A stretch of 63,145 nt of DNA, filler included, from Octopus bimaculoides (GCF_001194135.2; 6 parts of 6 records of this genome joined end to end with filler, not necessarily neighbours in it), one strand, 5' to 3'; counted from the first letter of the whole stretch, positions 15,355-28,968 are shown. Notes: a model not told the origin generated them from the sequence alone. Numbers and translations are program-made.

Positions 15355-15682
15355 CCGGCATACCTCAACTTACGTCATTTTGAGTTACGTTTTCATCGAC
15401 TTCACGTCGTTGTATTAAGAAATTAATAGGAAAAATAAACCTCAACCTCAGTCGATTTATCCGACTTTATGTCGGTCTCGAGAAACATCTTTAAAAAGAA
15501 TGAAAATTAAAAACTACCTAAAAAGCCAATACTGAAGTGAGAAATCAAATAAAATGCACGTGAAAAATATATGCAAACCAATTACTTAAGAAAGATATTA
15601 ACAAATAAGGTTTTAAAATGCTTTTCCGTGTTAAGTCGTATTGTCTTGGAACTAATTACCTACATATGTTGAGGTATGCCTG
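15355..15682. mobile_element. pogo/Tigger-type MITE
   Basis: TIR C(C/A)GGCATACCTCAAC / GTTGAGGTATGCCTG flanked by TA on both sides. Confidence 0.75.
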
Positions 15683-16587
15683 TATTTCGTATTCGACCAT
15701 GTTGTTGATGTATTTATTTACTTGCTGTCTTGAACTGTGTATAATTGGGTCTTTGGTTTTGAGGTTTACAACAGACCAATCACTGGTTCATTTCATTTCG
15801 ACGGCGAGACTAGCAAGGGAGTGTGTAAAACTCGGAAGAGAACAAACATTGCAAATGACTTCGAAGAGTGCAAACTTCTCGATTTTCTCGCCGATAATTG
15901 CTTCCCCCCTTCGTTTTGCATACAGACCACTTACATTTCCTACATATATGCAAAGCGAGTGGTGCATTGCCTAACATATAAATGAACACAAATGGCAAAT
16001 CTGCATGTAATTTGATATAAAATCCTTCGTTTTTAATGAGAGAAATCTAAGAAAGAGAGTACATGCATGTATTGCTAACTGTACCCTACTTCAACTGCAT
16101 AGTTTTGATTTTTTTTTTTGTAACTGTATGCTCTAACTTAATAAGTATACCACTATTCACCCCCTGACTGATTATGTCTGTGTTGAGATACATTTTGTGT
16201 TGATATATGTTTCGTGATATTTTCTGCAAACAGTATTTATCTGAGCTCTGTGCAACTGCGCTCAAATTTCGCCCAGGTCAGCTTGGCGTTCTACCCTTTC
16301 CTAGAATGGAAAAGTAACAGCCAGTTCTCTCTCTCTCTCGTCTGCGTTACACTGTAACAACTATTATTAGGGACTATTCTCAAAATCCATTTCTTCTAAA
16401 TGGAGAATAGTTAAAGCCGTCCAGGAACCGACCGATGCGCAGTACAAAATAGTAATAAAGAAGTTATAAATCCATGTGTCTTTCTTTGTTAGATTTTGAA
16501 TGTGTTTGTTTATAATTTGTCTATTTATATTTTATGTGTTTGAATATGTATTTTTTTGTATCGTTTGTTCTCTTATGAGATACGTGT

Positions 16588-16637
<50 letters not shown>

Positions 16638-18646
16638 ACACGCCGTTCAAAAGCGCGTCGTATATAACTAAACCTAATGCTGAAGATATAACGAAATAAC
16701 TAATACACAGGTGACTGATTAATTCTAGTTTCCACAGAAACGAGACAAAAATATTTTATTATATTTAAAGTTTAAAATAATATTTTTAAATGCTTCGTAT
16801 TCATTTTTTCACGAAGAGATTTTTTTTTACTACGATTTAAAAGAAAGTATCTTTTAAAATACTTCAAACACCAAAAATTTTAACTCTGCACCAATCAGAA
16901 ATTGTCTGGATACATACTGGCTTTATATATAATAATACAAACATATATNNNNNNNNNNNNNNNNNNNNNNNNNNNNNNNNNNNNNNNNNNNNNNNNCATG
17001 CACAACAAAACAGTACGAAGTACGAGCACATGGAACATGAACCACTCTTTCGAACTACGAAAGACACAAATAGAAAACAAAGCAAACAACACAAAGAACG
17101 ACCCCCCCCCCCCATCAACCGTTGGCCGCTTCTCTAGTCCCGCACCTCGAGCACTTAACAATATACGCTTTCGATAAAACTGTTTGCGCCAGCAATAATT
17201 TAATAATATTTGCGCATACGTGCAACTTACCTTGTGTTTCAAAAGGATTGCGTTCCTGATTCCCTTAACACGAAACCTATTTTCCCATTGTCTTCTTTGT
17301 TATATAAATTGGGATGTGCTCGTTACGGAGCTTTTTTGTGTTTGAAAATAAGCATTTTAAAACTCACAAGGTGCGATACAACATACATTAAACAAAAAGC
17401 TACATTTGAAAAGAAATACAATAGGAAACAACTATAATCTTTTAGATTCCGTATCATTAACCATCGTTTTTATCGGCACATTAATGCCCAGTCTAATCCT
17501 CAATCGAGTGCTGTTGCATTTATGAAAAAATATTGTCTGGGCAGTTTAATGGACCAGCTGTTTCAACGTTTGATGTAATTTTATCTTTATTGTCACATTC
17601 GTTTTCCACTGTAAACGTTGCAAGCTTTAAATGTTTTTTGCAATATGGCTGAATTTTTTTCTCCTGCATTACAGACCTTTTGTAAAACTTCAAGTTAAAT
17701 GTTCACCGTAATCCCTTCACAACTCTTTTTCGCACAACTGCATTCATTTATATAAATACATATATACTTGATGACATCTTTCTAGTCATCTTCGAAAATG
17801 CAATGCCCTGTGCTGTATAATTGTTAAAAGAAGTTAAATCAAAGGGTGGCGGAGATAGGCAATAAACACACATTGCTGTGAAGATGGACAGCAATAATAA
17901 ACACCAAATAAATATTATTTCTAATATTCATAATTCTTTCCACATATATTGGCTTTAAGTTCACATATCAAATAATGCTTCCCAGTATTTCGACTCTGCG
18001 TTCTTAGTTCAAATCCCACTGCAGTCAACTTTGCGTTTCGTCTTTTCGGAGAAAAGTGAAAGAAAGAAAGGAAAACCTACCAACCCAGGGTGATTGGCAG
18101 AATTGTAAGAACGGTAGACTAGGTGCCTTGTGATATTTGTTGTGATTGTGTGCGTTTTGAGTTCAAATCCTGCCGTGACTCACAATACTTCTTTGGTGCC
18201 TTTTGTGGAGTCCACTCTGTTGTAACCTTTCAGGTTAGGTTTTTGGTTTGGGGTACATTTCTCCCTCTCGCCAGTCTTGGGTAACATCTCAAGAATCATA
18301 GATATTACTTTATCTCCTGATTTAAAAACACACAGGCAAAATGAACGGCATGCCATATTTTATCATACTAAATAAATGAGGCAGCGAGCTGGCAGAATTG
18401 GTAGCACACTGGAACTAAATGCTCCATTTCACGTTGCTCTGGATCACTTCGACATCTGACGTGTGACACACCGTGATAGCAACCGTCGATTTGATGGTGG
18501 GAGTGAGCTGAAATACAACACAAACATTTGACCACCATAAACAAATCATCGGTACAAGTTGTTCAGCAAAAAATTGCGGGACTTTTGTCTGTCGTCTGCG
18601 ATATGAGAGTCCATGCAATGCATTACAAGGCACCTATTCGAGACGG

Positions 18647-18677
<31 letters not shown>

Positions 18678-19583
18678 NNNNNNNNNNNNNNNNNNNNNNN
18701 NNNNNNNNNNNNNNNNNNNNNNNNNNNNNNNNNNNNNNNNNNNNNNNNNNNNNNNNNNNNNNNNNNNNNNNNNNNNNNNNNNNNNNNNNNNNNNNNNNNN
18801 NNNNNNNNNNNNNNNNNNNNNNNNNNNNNNNNNNNNNNNNNNNNNNNNNNNNNNNNNNNNNNNNNNNNNNNNNNNNNNNNNNNNNNNNNNNNNNNNNNNN
18901 NNNNNNNNNNNNNNNNNNNNNNNNNNNNNNNNNNNNNNNNNNNNNNNNNNNNNNNNNNNNNNNNNNNNNNNNNNNNNNNNNNNNNNNNNNNNNNNNNNNN
19001 NNNNNNNNNNNNNNNNNNNNNNNNNNNNNNNNNNNNNNNNNNNNNNNNNNNNNNNNNNNNNNNNNNNNNNNNNNNNNNNNNNNNNNNNNNNNAAATAATG
19101 AAAATTAAATATAAAAAACAAATGAACTGAAAAGATAAATGGAAAGTGTGATGTGTGTGTGTGGGGGGGGGGGGAAATGCAGGTTTGTGCGTTAGTCAAC
19201 CAAACACCAACCTGTTAATGACTCAAAGCAAATAGAAATACCGAGGAGAGAAAGAGAAGGGTGGTGTCATGTCTCGTATATTTCGTGCTGGTCAAACTAT
19301 TTTTGTCACTGTCCGTGTTTAACGGTGCAATTTAGTGAATGAAGAAATTAAGTACTGCGGTTGGTTGGTTAATTATTATTATTATCATTATTATTAGATA
19401 CGAGACTGAAAGAGTGGGAGGAGGAAATGTCAGAAACAAATATTATGAAATGAGCGCAGTTATAGTTGAATGAACAATTTATAGAAAGTTGCGATTATTT
19501 TAAAAATCATAAATACTCGTATGAGATAAAAGGAGAAAGAATCTTGAAGAAAGTCTGTCAGGTTATTATTACTTTTGTTTTGG

Positions 19584-20177
19584 GGATCTTTTTTAAAACG
19601 GGAGCCACATTTTTTATTAACGAATCACTTTGAAACTTGGAACACTGGTAGAATGTGTCATATAAAACATCTTTTTCTCTTAGTCTTCTTAAAAATAAAA
19701 GAAATCCCTAAGTTATTCCATGTTAAAGTTGTCGTATTTCTGTAATTTCAACCAATCACTGACGTCCATTCAGCCGATATACATTAAGTGCCGACTACAT
19801 AAACAAACGATTCTGAAACAATTCTATCGGTGATAGGGTTAGGGTTAGGGTAAAACAGCAAATTTAAAAAGAAAAAAGCAAATAAAACGAAGAAAAAAAA
19901 AGAAAATGAGGAAAGCAAATTTAAAATGAAAAATGCAAATAAAACGAAGCNNNNNNNNNNNNNNNNNNNNNNNNNNNNNNNNNNNNNNNNNNNNNNNNNN
20001 NNNNNNNNNNNNNNNNNNNNNNNNNNNNNNNNNNNNNNNNNNNNNNNNNNNNNNNNNNNNNNNNNNNNNNNNNNNNNNNNNNNNNAGATAAGTATACGAA
20101 GTTTGAAAGTCTTTCAGTACCAAAAACACTACGTAAAACATTAATGAAAAATGTGGCCCCCGTTTTAAAAAAGATCC
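19584..20177. mobile_element. Merlin-like MITE, same family as 23984-24549
   Basis: Same TIR and interior, interrupted by an N gap. Flanks tgttttgg/tgtttttg match 7/8. Internal (TTAGGG)-like tract at 19834-19851. Confidence 0.78.
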
Positions 20178-21360
20178 TGTTTTTGTTTCTTTCTGGAACT
20201 ACAGCAGACGTATGTATGAAGTTCTGTCTGTGCCATAACGACCCAAGAAATGCATAGGCTCTACGATAAATAACGGTGAGATGGAAGAATCGTTAGCACG
20301 CCGGACGAAATGCATAGCGGCATTTCGCCTGTCTTTGTGTTCTGTCTTCAAATCGAGGTCAACTTTGGCTTTCACCCTTTCGGGTTCAATAAAATAAGTA
20401 CTATTCAAGTGCTGGAGTCGGCGTAATCGATTAGTCTCCAACCCACAAAATTTCAGGCCTTGTGCCTATGATAGAAAAAAATATTATCAGCTGGCAGAAT
20501 CGTTAGCATACCGGACAAAATACTTAACACTATTTCAGACGTCTTAATGTTCTGGGTTCAAGTTCCGCCGAGGTCGACTTTGCATTTCATCTTTTGGCGT
20601 CGATGAATTAAGTACCAGTTGAGCGCTGCTAGAATCGATGTAATCGACTTACCCACTTCTGAAATTGCTGGCTTTGTGCCAAGATTTGAAACCGTTATTA
20701 AATCTCTCAGGTGTGAAAGTCGTCCCAACGAAAGCTAATGAAATAAAAACGAATACATATGATTTTAATGATTATGGTCACTCAACTAACAAGGCAATTA
20801 TTATTTTTTTGTTTGTCATTAAGTCTCTCTCTTTCACATTAAATCACCTGCCCACTAAATCACAATTAGAGAATTGAAATGACTGAGGTCTATTGAGACC
20901 AGTAAGGACCGAATGACGTCCGTTGGCTTAAAACCACCCCAAATCAACTCCAATCTTATTGTATAACTTTGATAGGTTTCGGCCAGTATAACTTAGTAGC
21001 ACCACCTGGTGATGTCTTTTAGTCATATATGGGGCACGATGGTCCACTCTAGCAAAGAGTTTTTTAAGAAATTTATCCTAGCATTTCAATGTTTTTTTTT
21101 TAAATCATATTTTTTTTTTTATTCTATTACGAATTAGAAATTGTTAAAACATTTTACGAGTTGTAGAAATAAAACTAATTCATTGTACATTAATTTTAAC
21201 AAAATCCCAAAGGGCCATAATGTACCCCGGTTCACAACCGCTGCTCTAAGACAGTGCTCTGCAACCGGTATGCTGCGGCACACTGGTGTCCCACATGACG
21301 ATGCTAGCTAGGTATGTGCCGCGGTGTAACCTGAATGTAATTTTTTTCCCCTACACTTTT

Positions 21361-21722
21361 ATTCTTCTATTTGTTTCAGTCATTTGACTGCGGCCATGCT
21401 GGAGCACCGCCTTTAGTCGAGCAAATCGATCCCGGGACTTATTCTTTGTAAGCCTAGTACTTATTTTATCGATCTCTTTTGCCGAACCGCTAGTTGACGG
21501 GGACATAAACACACCAGCATCAGTTGTCAAGCAATGCTAGGGGGTCAAACACAGATACACAAACACACACACACACACATATATATATATACATACATAT
21601 ATACGACGGGCTTCTTTCAGTTTCCGTCTACCATATCCACTCACAAGGCTTTGGTCGGCCCGAGGCTATAGTAGAAGACACTTGCCCAAGGTGCCACGCA
21701 GTGGGACTGAACCCGGAACCAT
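21361..21722 (-). mobile_element. Composite SINE: tRNA head with CORE-like motif, internal microsatellite, conserved tail
   Basis: Head GGTTCCGGGTTCAGTCCCACTGCGTGGCACCTTGGGCAAGTG (B box plus CORE-like ACCTTGGGCAAGT), (TA/TG)n middle, tail ...GCAGTCAAATGACTGAAACA. Other copies at about 3850-4040, 11430-11765, 12285-12860, 13985-14290, 23110-23380, 29595-29730, 36250-36410, 38800-39340, 43965-44035 and 44875-45220. Confidence 0.8.
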
Positions 21723-21758
21723 AGCCTTATTTTTATTTTTAGTTCAGGTGTGTCGCCG

Positions 21759-21941
21759 GGATCTTTCTGAATTGACGGGCACCACTTTTCATTTATGTTT
21801 TATGTAGTGTTTTTGGTACCGAAACACTTTCAAACTTCGTATACTTGTATATTTTGTGTTATAGAACAGATAAAAAATGTTGTATTCGAAGTTATTTCAT
21901 GTAAAAAAATTGTCGTAGTGCCAGTCAATTCAGAAAGATCC
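21759..21941. mobile_element. Short Merlin-like MITE (second TIR subfamily)
   Basis: Perfect 18-bp TIR GGATCTTTCTGAATTGAC, perfect 8-bp TSD tgtcgccg. Interior similar to the 19.6 kb and 24 kb elements. Confidence 0.8.
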
Positions 21942-22964
21942 TGTCGCCGAATTTTGAATAAAATGTAAGTGTATCGCAAGTGAAAAAAGGTTGCGGAGCG
22001 CTACTCTAAGGTATCCCTTAGGTTATATTGCTGGCTTTCCATCAGCCATATTGCTGTGGTCTATGCTGCTTTTTCTTCTTAGTAAGGCACAAATACGTTA
22101 ACGGCGTTGATGTTCTTTCCTAAGAGTATTTTATTAGCAAGCTGTAAGGAAGTGAGATGACTTGTACCAAAATTCGAAAAGTAATTCGTCGTGTCGCCGC
22201 CTCTCAGCTCGTTTACTTTCTGCTTTATCTATCCTGCATCAAGCATCCTTCATTGCCATCCGTATATATAATATATTGGCTTCAGATGTTATCACTTATC
22301 ACTCCTAATTCCTTAATGCCTTTTTAATAATCTTTTTCTGCCTTTATAGCTTACTACCTCTACTCGCTCACTCACTCACTCATTGCTTCATTTGCGGGTC
22401 GGTCGACCGGAAACTGAATGTGTGTGTGTGATGCTGGTTTGTTATCATTCTTTTCTCTATGTATGTGCGACTACAATGATAAGCCAGCGTCACACACACA
22501 CACAGAAAAAGAATGCACGGACACACACACATTATACCTAGCGTGTGTGTGTGTGGACGTTATCCTTTTTGATCGAGATGATTTCAATCGAATAAAGACT
22601 AGAGCTTTGAGTCTCTCTCTCTCTCTCTCTCTCTGTCTGTGATGCTGTTTTCCAGTTTGTGTATATAAAACTGATATTTAATCCACTAAATGTTGTCCTC
22701 CACTAAAAAATCTTTTTCCTGTATACTTAATAAGAGTCCAAAACCAACGCCAAGACAGCTTGGTGCCTTCCTCCATTCTCTTGTTTCACCCAATTGACCA
22801 CGACAACCGGATCGCCAAATTTATTTCGTATAGTATATTAGAAACTGTGACTTTTCCTTTTCTTTTTAATTTTTTTTTTTTTTTTTAGTATTTGCGATTT
22901 CTTACTTTTAAATACAAGTATCTTCAACGTGAAAACGGTAAAGTCTCGCATTTATAATACAGTG

Positions 22965-23548
22965 CAGCGGCCCCTAAACTTTTGTCCACTACAGACCAAT
23001 TTCATGTGAGACAAATTTTTTATTGACCGGGGTATCACATACATAAAATACAAAGTGCATAATATTTTAATTATTACCTTTCAATTGCTTCAATCATTTA
23101 ACTGCATCTATGTTGGGGCGTGAAGGCTTTTAGTCGAACAAATCGACCCCAGGACTTATTATTTTAAAGCCTAGTATTTATTCTGTTGGATCTCTTTTGC
23201 TGAACTGCAAAAAAGTGGTGGTGGAGGACTAATACAAACATAGATATATACAACAGGCTTCTTTCAGTTTCCATCTTTCAAATCTACTCACAAGGCTTTG
23301 GTCGACCTGGGGCTCACGCAGTAGGACTGAACCTGGAGCCATGTGGTTGGCAAGCAAACTTCTTACCACAGAACCACGTCTGCACCTTGCGTGTATAATT
23401 CATATCTATTACATACGTAATCCGTATATAATGCAAAACCACTCTGTAGAATATGATAATCAATAACATAAAAATAAAATTAAAAAATTAGTCTTTCTGC
23501 GCGGCCCGGTACCAAAATAACCCTCGACCCACTGGTTTGGGACCCCTG
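22965..23548. mobile_element. hAT (Charlie/MER1-like) MITE with nested SINE fragments
   Basis: Termini CAGCGGCCCCTAAAC / GGTTTGGGACCCCTG. Flanks atacagtg/atatagtg match 7/8. SINE sequence at about 23110-23380. Confidence 0.7.
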
Positions 23549-23983
23549 ATATAGTGAATGAAATTCGATTGATTTTGTTTATCCAAGCAGTTAGTTGATA
23601 AAAGTCCCTCTCAGGATGTTTAAACCGGAAAGCAATAATCAGATAATTCCAGTAAAACCATTTCGTAGAAATTCTTTGAAGATATATAAACACCGAGAAG
23701 GTGCTGAAGTTTTCCGGAACATTCTTGAATTTTTGGCTGTTTTCGTCTCTTATATTTGTCGAGGAAAGGTGCTATCGACTGAATCGAACCCATTTTCAAT
23801 TTTTGGTGTTATGAATAAAGACAATATCGATCTCAACCGTATTGCAAACATTCGTACCCACATTATAAACAATAATTTCGCTTTTGCTGTTAAATGCAAT
23901 TAGGGATTCTTCAGATAAAAACTATCAAACAAAAAGAATTGGTATTTATCAAAAATGATCATGTTGTTTTAGGCCCAAGTCAG

Positions 23984-24549
23984 GGATCTTTTTTAAAACG
24001 GGGTCCACATTTTTCATTAACGAAACACTTTGAAACTTGGAACACTGGTAGAATGTGTCATATAAAACATCTTTTTCTCTTAGTCTTCTTAAAAAAAAAA
24101 GAAATCCATAAATTATTCCATGTTAAAGTTGTCGTATTTCTGTAATTTCAACCAATCACTGACGTCCATTCAGCCGATATACATTAAGCGCCGACTACAT
24201 AAACAAACGATTCTGAAACAATTAACCCTAACCCTAACTCTAACCCTAGGGTTAGGGTTAGAGTTAGGGTTAGGGTTAAAGCAAATTTAAAATGAAAAAA
24301 GCAAATAAAACGAAGAATCGTTTGTTTATGTAGTCGGCACTTAATGTATATCGGCTGAATGGACGTCAGTGATTGGTTGAAATTATCGAAATAAGACAAT
24401 TTTTTACATGCAATAAATTCGAATACAAAAATATTTTTCTGTTCTATAACACAAAATAGATAAGTATACGAAGTTTGAAAGTCTTTCGGTACCAAAAACA
24501 CTACGTAAAACATTAATGAAAAATGTGGACCCCGTTTTAAAAAAGATCC
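23984..24549. mobile_element. Merlin-like non-autonomous DNA transposon (MITE) with internal palindrome and telomeric repeats
   Basis: Long TIRs starting GGATCTTTTTTAAAACGGGGTCCACATTTTTCATTAA, perfect 8-bp TSD caagtcag (23976-83, 24550-57). 5'-GG termini with 8-bp TSD fit the Merlin superfamily (inference). Confidence 0.8.
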
Positions 24550-27500
24550 CAAGTCAGTTCTTCCAGATGTTTCAGTCGTGATCACATTGTCCCTTTTTTT
24601 TTTATTATATACTGTATATTCTATCTTCTCTTGAAAAAAAATTAAGAGTATTAGTTGAGACTTGGTTGCCATTTCTAGCAATTAGAGCAAATTTGTTGTT
24701 TCTTTATTGAGTCGTATGTTTATCATTTAGCTCTAATCGAGTCAGAATTACTTAATCTAATGAGTCTAATTTATAAACTTTTTCTAAAGACAGTAAAGTG
24801 TAATTTGATGAAGCTCTGTGTGCTATTTCTTACCATTTGAGCGACCACATTGTAGCACATTTGTCTCCTGCTGTTATTTCAAATCTGTACGTCACTGATC
24901 AATAAATCTATGATGTTCCAGCTGTGAGCAACCTCTTTGTTTCTGAGGCATACTATATCAAGGACTGCACTCATTTCCTTTTCAAAGACACTCTTGATTT
25001 GAGGGTGATTTGTTTACTATTTTTAGCAAGTCCAGCTCCAGTATAGATGCAGTTCTCTCGTTGATTCGTGTGTTTTTAGTTGCAGCATATCTCCACCATC
25101 GAAATTGGACAATAACTATTTCAACACACGAATTGAGAATCAAAACCGTTACGAAACATACACAAAACAGAATAGATTTTGGTTTCTGAAAGAATGTAAA
25201 GAGCGTGTGGCTAACCCATAGAATCGACACGTAGAAAATAAAAGTTCTTTCGATTGAATACTTCCGATCTGTAAGATTTTCATTATTGTATACTTCCGTT
25301 TCTTAATGCTTCCATTATTGAATATTTTCGTTCTCTAGTAGAGGTGAACTCCATAGAATTTGTAAGCATTCTTTCGACTTACATGTTGATAAGAAAGGAT
25401 TAAGGTTCAAGAATTCATTGAAAAGAACAGTGACCCTCAAGACGAATGAAGTGGCCTTACATAAGACAAATGCATATATACATCATTGGTTTGATTCTTT
25501 AACTGCAACACAATTGTAGAACTTGGATAGTTTTGAGGTTCTGAATCGTATAGCAAGCAGGAGATATTCTATTTAGAACTATGTCTGTAAATATTCTTTT
25601 CTACTCTATGCACAAGGCTCGAAATTTTTGTGGGGAGGGGGCCAGTCTGTTTGCTTGACCCCAGCACGCAACTGGTGCTTAATTTATCGACCCCGAAAGG
25701 ATGAAAGGCAAAGTCGACCGCGGTAGAATTTGAACTCAGAACGTAAAAGATAGACGAAATACCTCTAAGCATTCGCCCGGCGTGCTAACGTTTCTTATTT
25801 CTTTACTGCCCACAAGGGGTTACATACAGAGGGGACAAACAGGGACAGACAAACGGATTAAGTCGATTATATCGACCCCAGTGCGTAACTGGTACTTATT
25901 TAATCGATCCTGAAAGAATGAAAAGCAAAGTCGACCTCAGTGGAATTTGAACTCAGAACGTAACAGCAGGCGAAATACCGGTAAGCATTTCGTCCGGTGT
26001 GCTAACGTTTCTTATTTCTTTATTGCCCACAAAGGCCTAAACATAGAGAGGACAAACAAAGGGATTAAGTCGATTACATTGACTCCAGTGCATAACTGGT
26101 ACATAATTTATCGGCCAGTCTGTGAATATTAAAGGACGGAAATATTATATAATAAAATTTGCTTCTTTGTTTAATTATAAGTATTTTTGTTCATTTTCAA
26201 ATAATTCAATTCTGAAGGACCGTCATCTGACGAAAACACTTCCTGAGAACGTTATTTAACCTGAACAAAAACAACTGCGTTATAGAAGAAAAATGAGGAA
26301 ACGAAGGAAATAGAAAATAAATAGGAAAAGAAAGTTGCAAAAAAAAAAAAAAAACTGATAAGGAAACCAGATCCAACAGGATAATGCACGACGTCCCCCA
26401 CCTCGACAATATTCGCAGACAGTAAGGCCTGGTTTGTGGAGGACTTGACTGCTGAATTCTGTCAGATCGCATGATTGTGTAAGAAGCTTTCATTTGGTGT
26501 AGTACGCTGCATGATCCCTCTATGATGCATCTATATAGTGCAGGCTCGTATTACCCATTAAGGAAAATAAGTATATATATATGTAGGGTATCAAGAGAAG
26601 TGGGCACCTCAGAGTCTACTTCTTGATACTCCAAAAACATATTTATTCTAATTATATACTTACTTGTAGATAAATCAAAATAGAAAAAAAATAACAGTTT
26701 ATATTTATGACATAAATCAGTTTAAGAACGAGTCTCGGGGTGGATTAAAACAACTATAAATAATGGTTTCAAATTTTGTCACAAAGGCAGCAATTTTGGT
26801 GGGAGGGGATGAGCCGATTACATCGCCCCCAGTGTTCTACTGGTACTTAATTTATCGACCCCGAAAGGATGAAAGGTAAAGTCGACCTCGGAGGAATACA
26901 ACTATAAACAATAGCATGTTATATTTTAGGTTGAAAACCCTCGGACGGAAAGAAAATAATATATGTGTACATAAGATGCGGTTTTGAGTCCCGTAGGTAG
27001 CCTTCGACCTCTTTTCAACCCCGAGACTTTTTAAACGTGGGCTCAGAAACGGGGGTGAGGGTGGGATCGCACCTTTAATCCCTTGATGTTTTTAGTGGGC
27101 AATGAAAACGCTTTGAACATCTGAAGAACATCGCCAAAACGAAGGAGCGTAGAAACATTTTTGGATTGATTTGAAACATCAAATTTTCTGTTATTAGATT
27201 TAGCTGATTTGATTGATAATTATTATACCTGTGTTTGTTTTGATATTAATATTGAGAAAAATCGACCTTGTTTGTAAAAAAATTTGGGCTTGGGTTTGCA
27301 CCCACTAAGCAAATTTTCGTTTCTGCATTTACATTTTTAACCCAATATAATTCCATATTATTTATCGGTGTATCTGCTCCAACACTATCATTTAAAATAT
27401 TCAGTTATTTAAACTCTAATTTATGGGTTAAAGGGTTGTTACTACGAGGCTGGCACTTATTTATACTAGTTGAGCGTGATAAAGAGTAAAGCTTATTAAC

Positions 27501-28748
27501 AGCACCATACCACCTGCGGAATTTAATGAATAAAATACAAAAGAAATTCTGCTGCAAAACATGCATTTAGTCCGACATTCTCCTGCTTCTGTCCGTCCAA
27601 AGCCTCAAAAACAACCCGATAAATAAATGGCTGTGAGCCGCAGGCGATTGCGCTTTGTCCGTGACCAAAGCATTGCAAATTTGTAAATTGCTCAGTGGCC
27701 CAAATACACTGTAAAATTTTACTTGTCTGGTATTTCGTTAACCTGTCGAGCAAGGTTCAGTTCAAAAAGTGTAGGTGAACTCATCACATCTCATGTTATT
27801 TCTACTGTAATTTTCTCAACGATTCGTTTCATTATACCATTTGCAAAATTGTTAAATGGAATGCAACGAAATCACTATTTTGTTCTCTTACATTTTGTTC
27901 ACATTTTATTTTTCTCTTGTTTTCATGTCATGCTTAATTAACAATTCGTTCCTATTCCAATCATTAAAAAATTTGATTATATATATTTCTTCATTTCAAA
28001 GTTCAGTTCCCCCCCCCCCCCGTTTTCTTCTCTCCTTCCCAGTGTGTTCTAATTCCTTCTTCCCTTCATTCTGCTCGTCTTCCTTCCTTGGCTTCTGTTC
28101 TTTCTTACCTCTCATCGTCTTCTATCTTCCTCGAAAGATTTATTGAAGGTAAATAATATAAAATGTAAATTATAAAACATATGCCCTGGAAATCTTCAAA
28201 AGTTTTGTAGCATCAGTAATTTTACAAATATATTTCCTCAACCAGTTTCCCTTCATCTTATCTTGCTTGTTCTTTAAACTTCTCTCGTCTTCTTATTACT
28301 CTTGCTCTTCCCCCACCCTCTCCTTCATCTGTAGCTTTCGCTTTATTCTCTGAAGTCATCAGCATTTCTCTTATCTTTTATGTCGCAGTCTCTTTGACAA
28401 TTCAACGAAAGCTGACAGTAAAAGAAATTCTAACAGTTTGTTGTCGTTGTTTAACCCCGGGTCAATTCTGAAACAGTAAGCCTAGAAGAAAAGTTTCACC
28501 ACTTGTGACTGTTCGGCCGTTTTACTCTTTCAGACGTATTTGTGAGAGACTGTGTTGAGTCTCACTCATTAGTTTGTGCGTTTGTGACATTGCTTCCCAA
28601 CTACACGGTTCCAGGTTCAGTTCCACTTGGTTCAGTAGCTTCTATAACCTGGGTCGATCAATTCCTTGTGTGTGGTGGTGGTGGGATGGGATTTGGTTGA
28701 CGGAAACTATGTGGAAGCCCGTTGTGTGTATGATTGTTTATACATAGA

Positions 28749-28968
28749 TATAATCCTTTCTGCTATAGGCACAAGGCTTGAAATTTGGGGGAGGGGTATA
28801 GTCAATTACATCGACTCCAGTGTGTCACCGGTATTTAATTTATCGACTCCGAAAGGATGAAAGGCAAAGTTGACCTCGGCGGAGTTTGAACTCAGAACGT
28901 AGCGGCAGGCGAAATACCGCTAAGTATTTCGCCCGGCGTGCTAACGACTCTGCCAAGCTCGCCGCCTT
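28749..28968 (-). mobile_element. Full-length tRNA-derived SINE with Nin/Deu-type central domain
   Basis: A-box-like TGGCAGAGTCG, B-box GAGTTCAAACTC, then GCCTTTCATCCTTTCGGAGTCGATAAATTAAATACC. Further copies at about 560-750, 6505-6660, 20270-20700, 25590-26110, 26760-26895, 31905-32120 and 61295-61410. Confidence 0.8.

Noticed and set aside
17223-17280. Strong minus-strand donor CAAG|GTAAGT suggesting an exon of a second gene
   Set aside because: An isolated signal with no recognisable coding sequence or partner exon.
24222-24279. Ancient telomere-telomere chromosome fusion site
   Set aside because: Orientation is CCCTAA then TTAGGG (a fusion gives the reverse), and the tract sits inside a TSD-flanked MITE whose sister copy has the same repeats.
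27240-27760. Minus-strand reading frames possibly from a LINE gag or viral ORF
   Set aside because: Interrupted by stops, with no motif I could assign confidently.
28325-28365. Hammerhead-like CUGAUGA...GAAAGCUA on the minus strand
   Set aside because: Stem I is only 2 bp, there is an unpaired C before GAAA and the palindrome is 4 nt; compatible with chance.
28900-28968. tRNA genes
   Set aside because: The A/B-box sequences are SINE heads continuing into SINE bodies; I found no complete cloverleaf.
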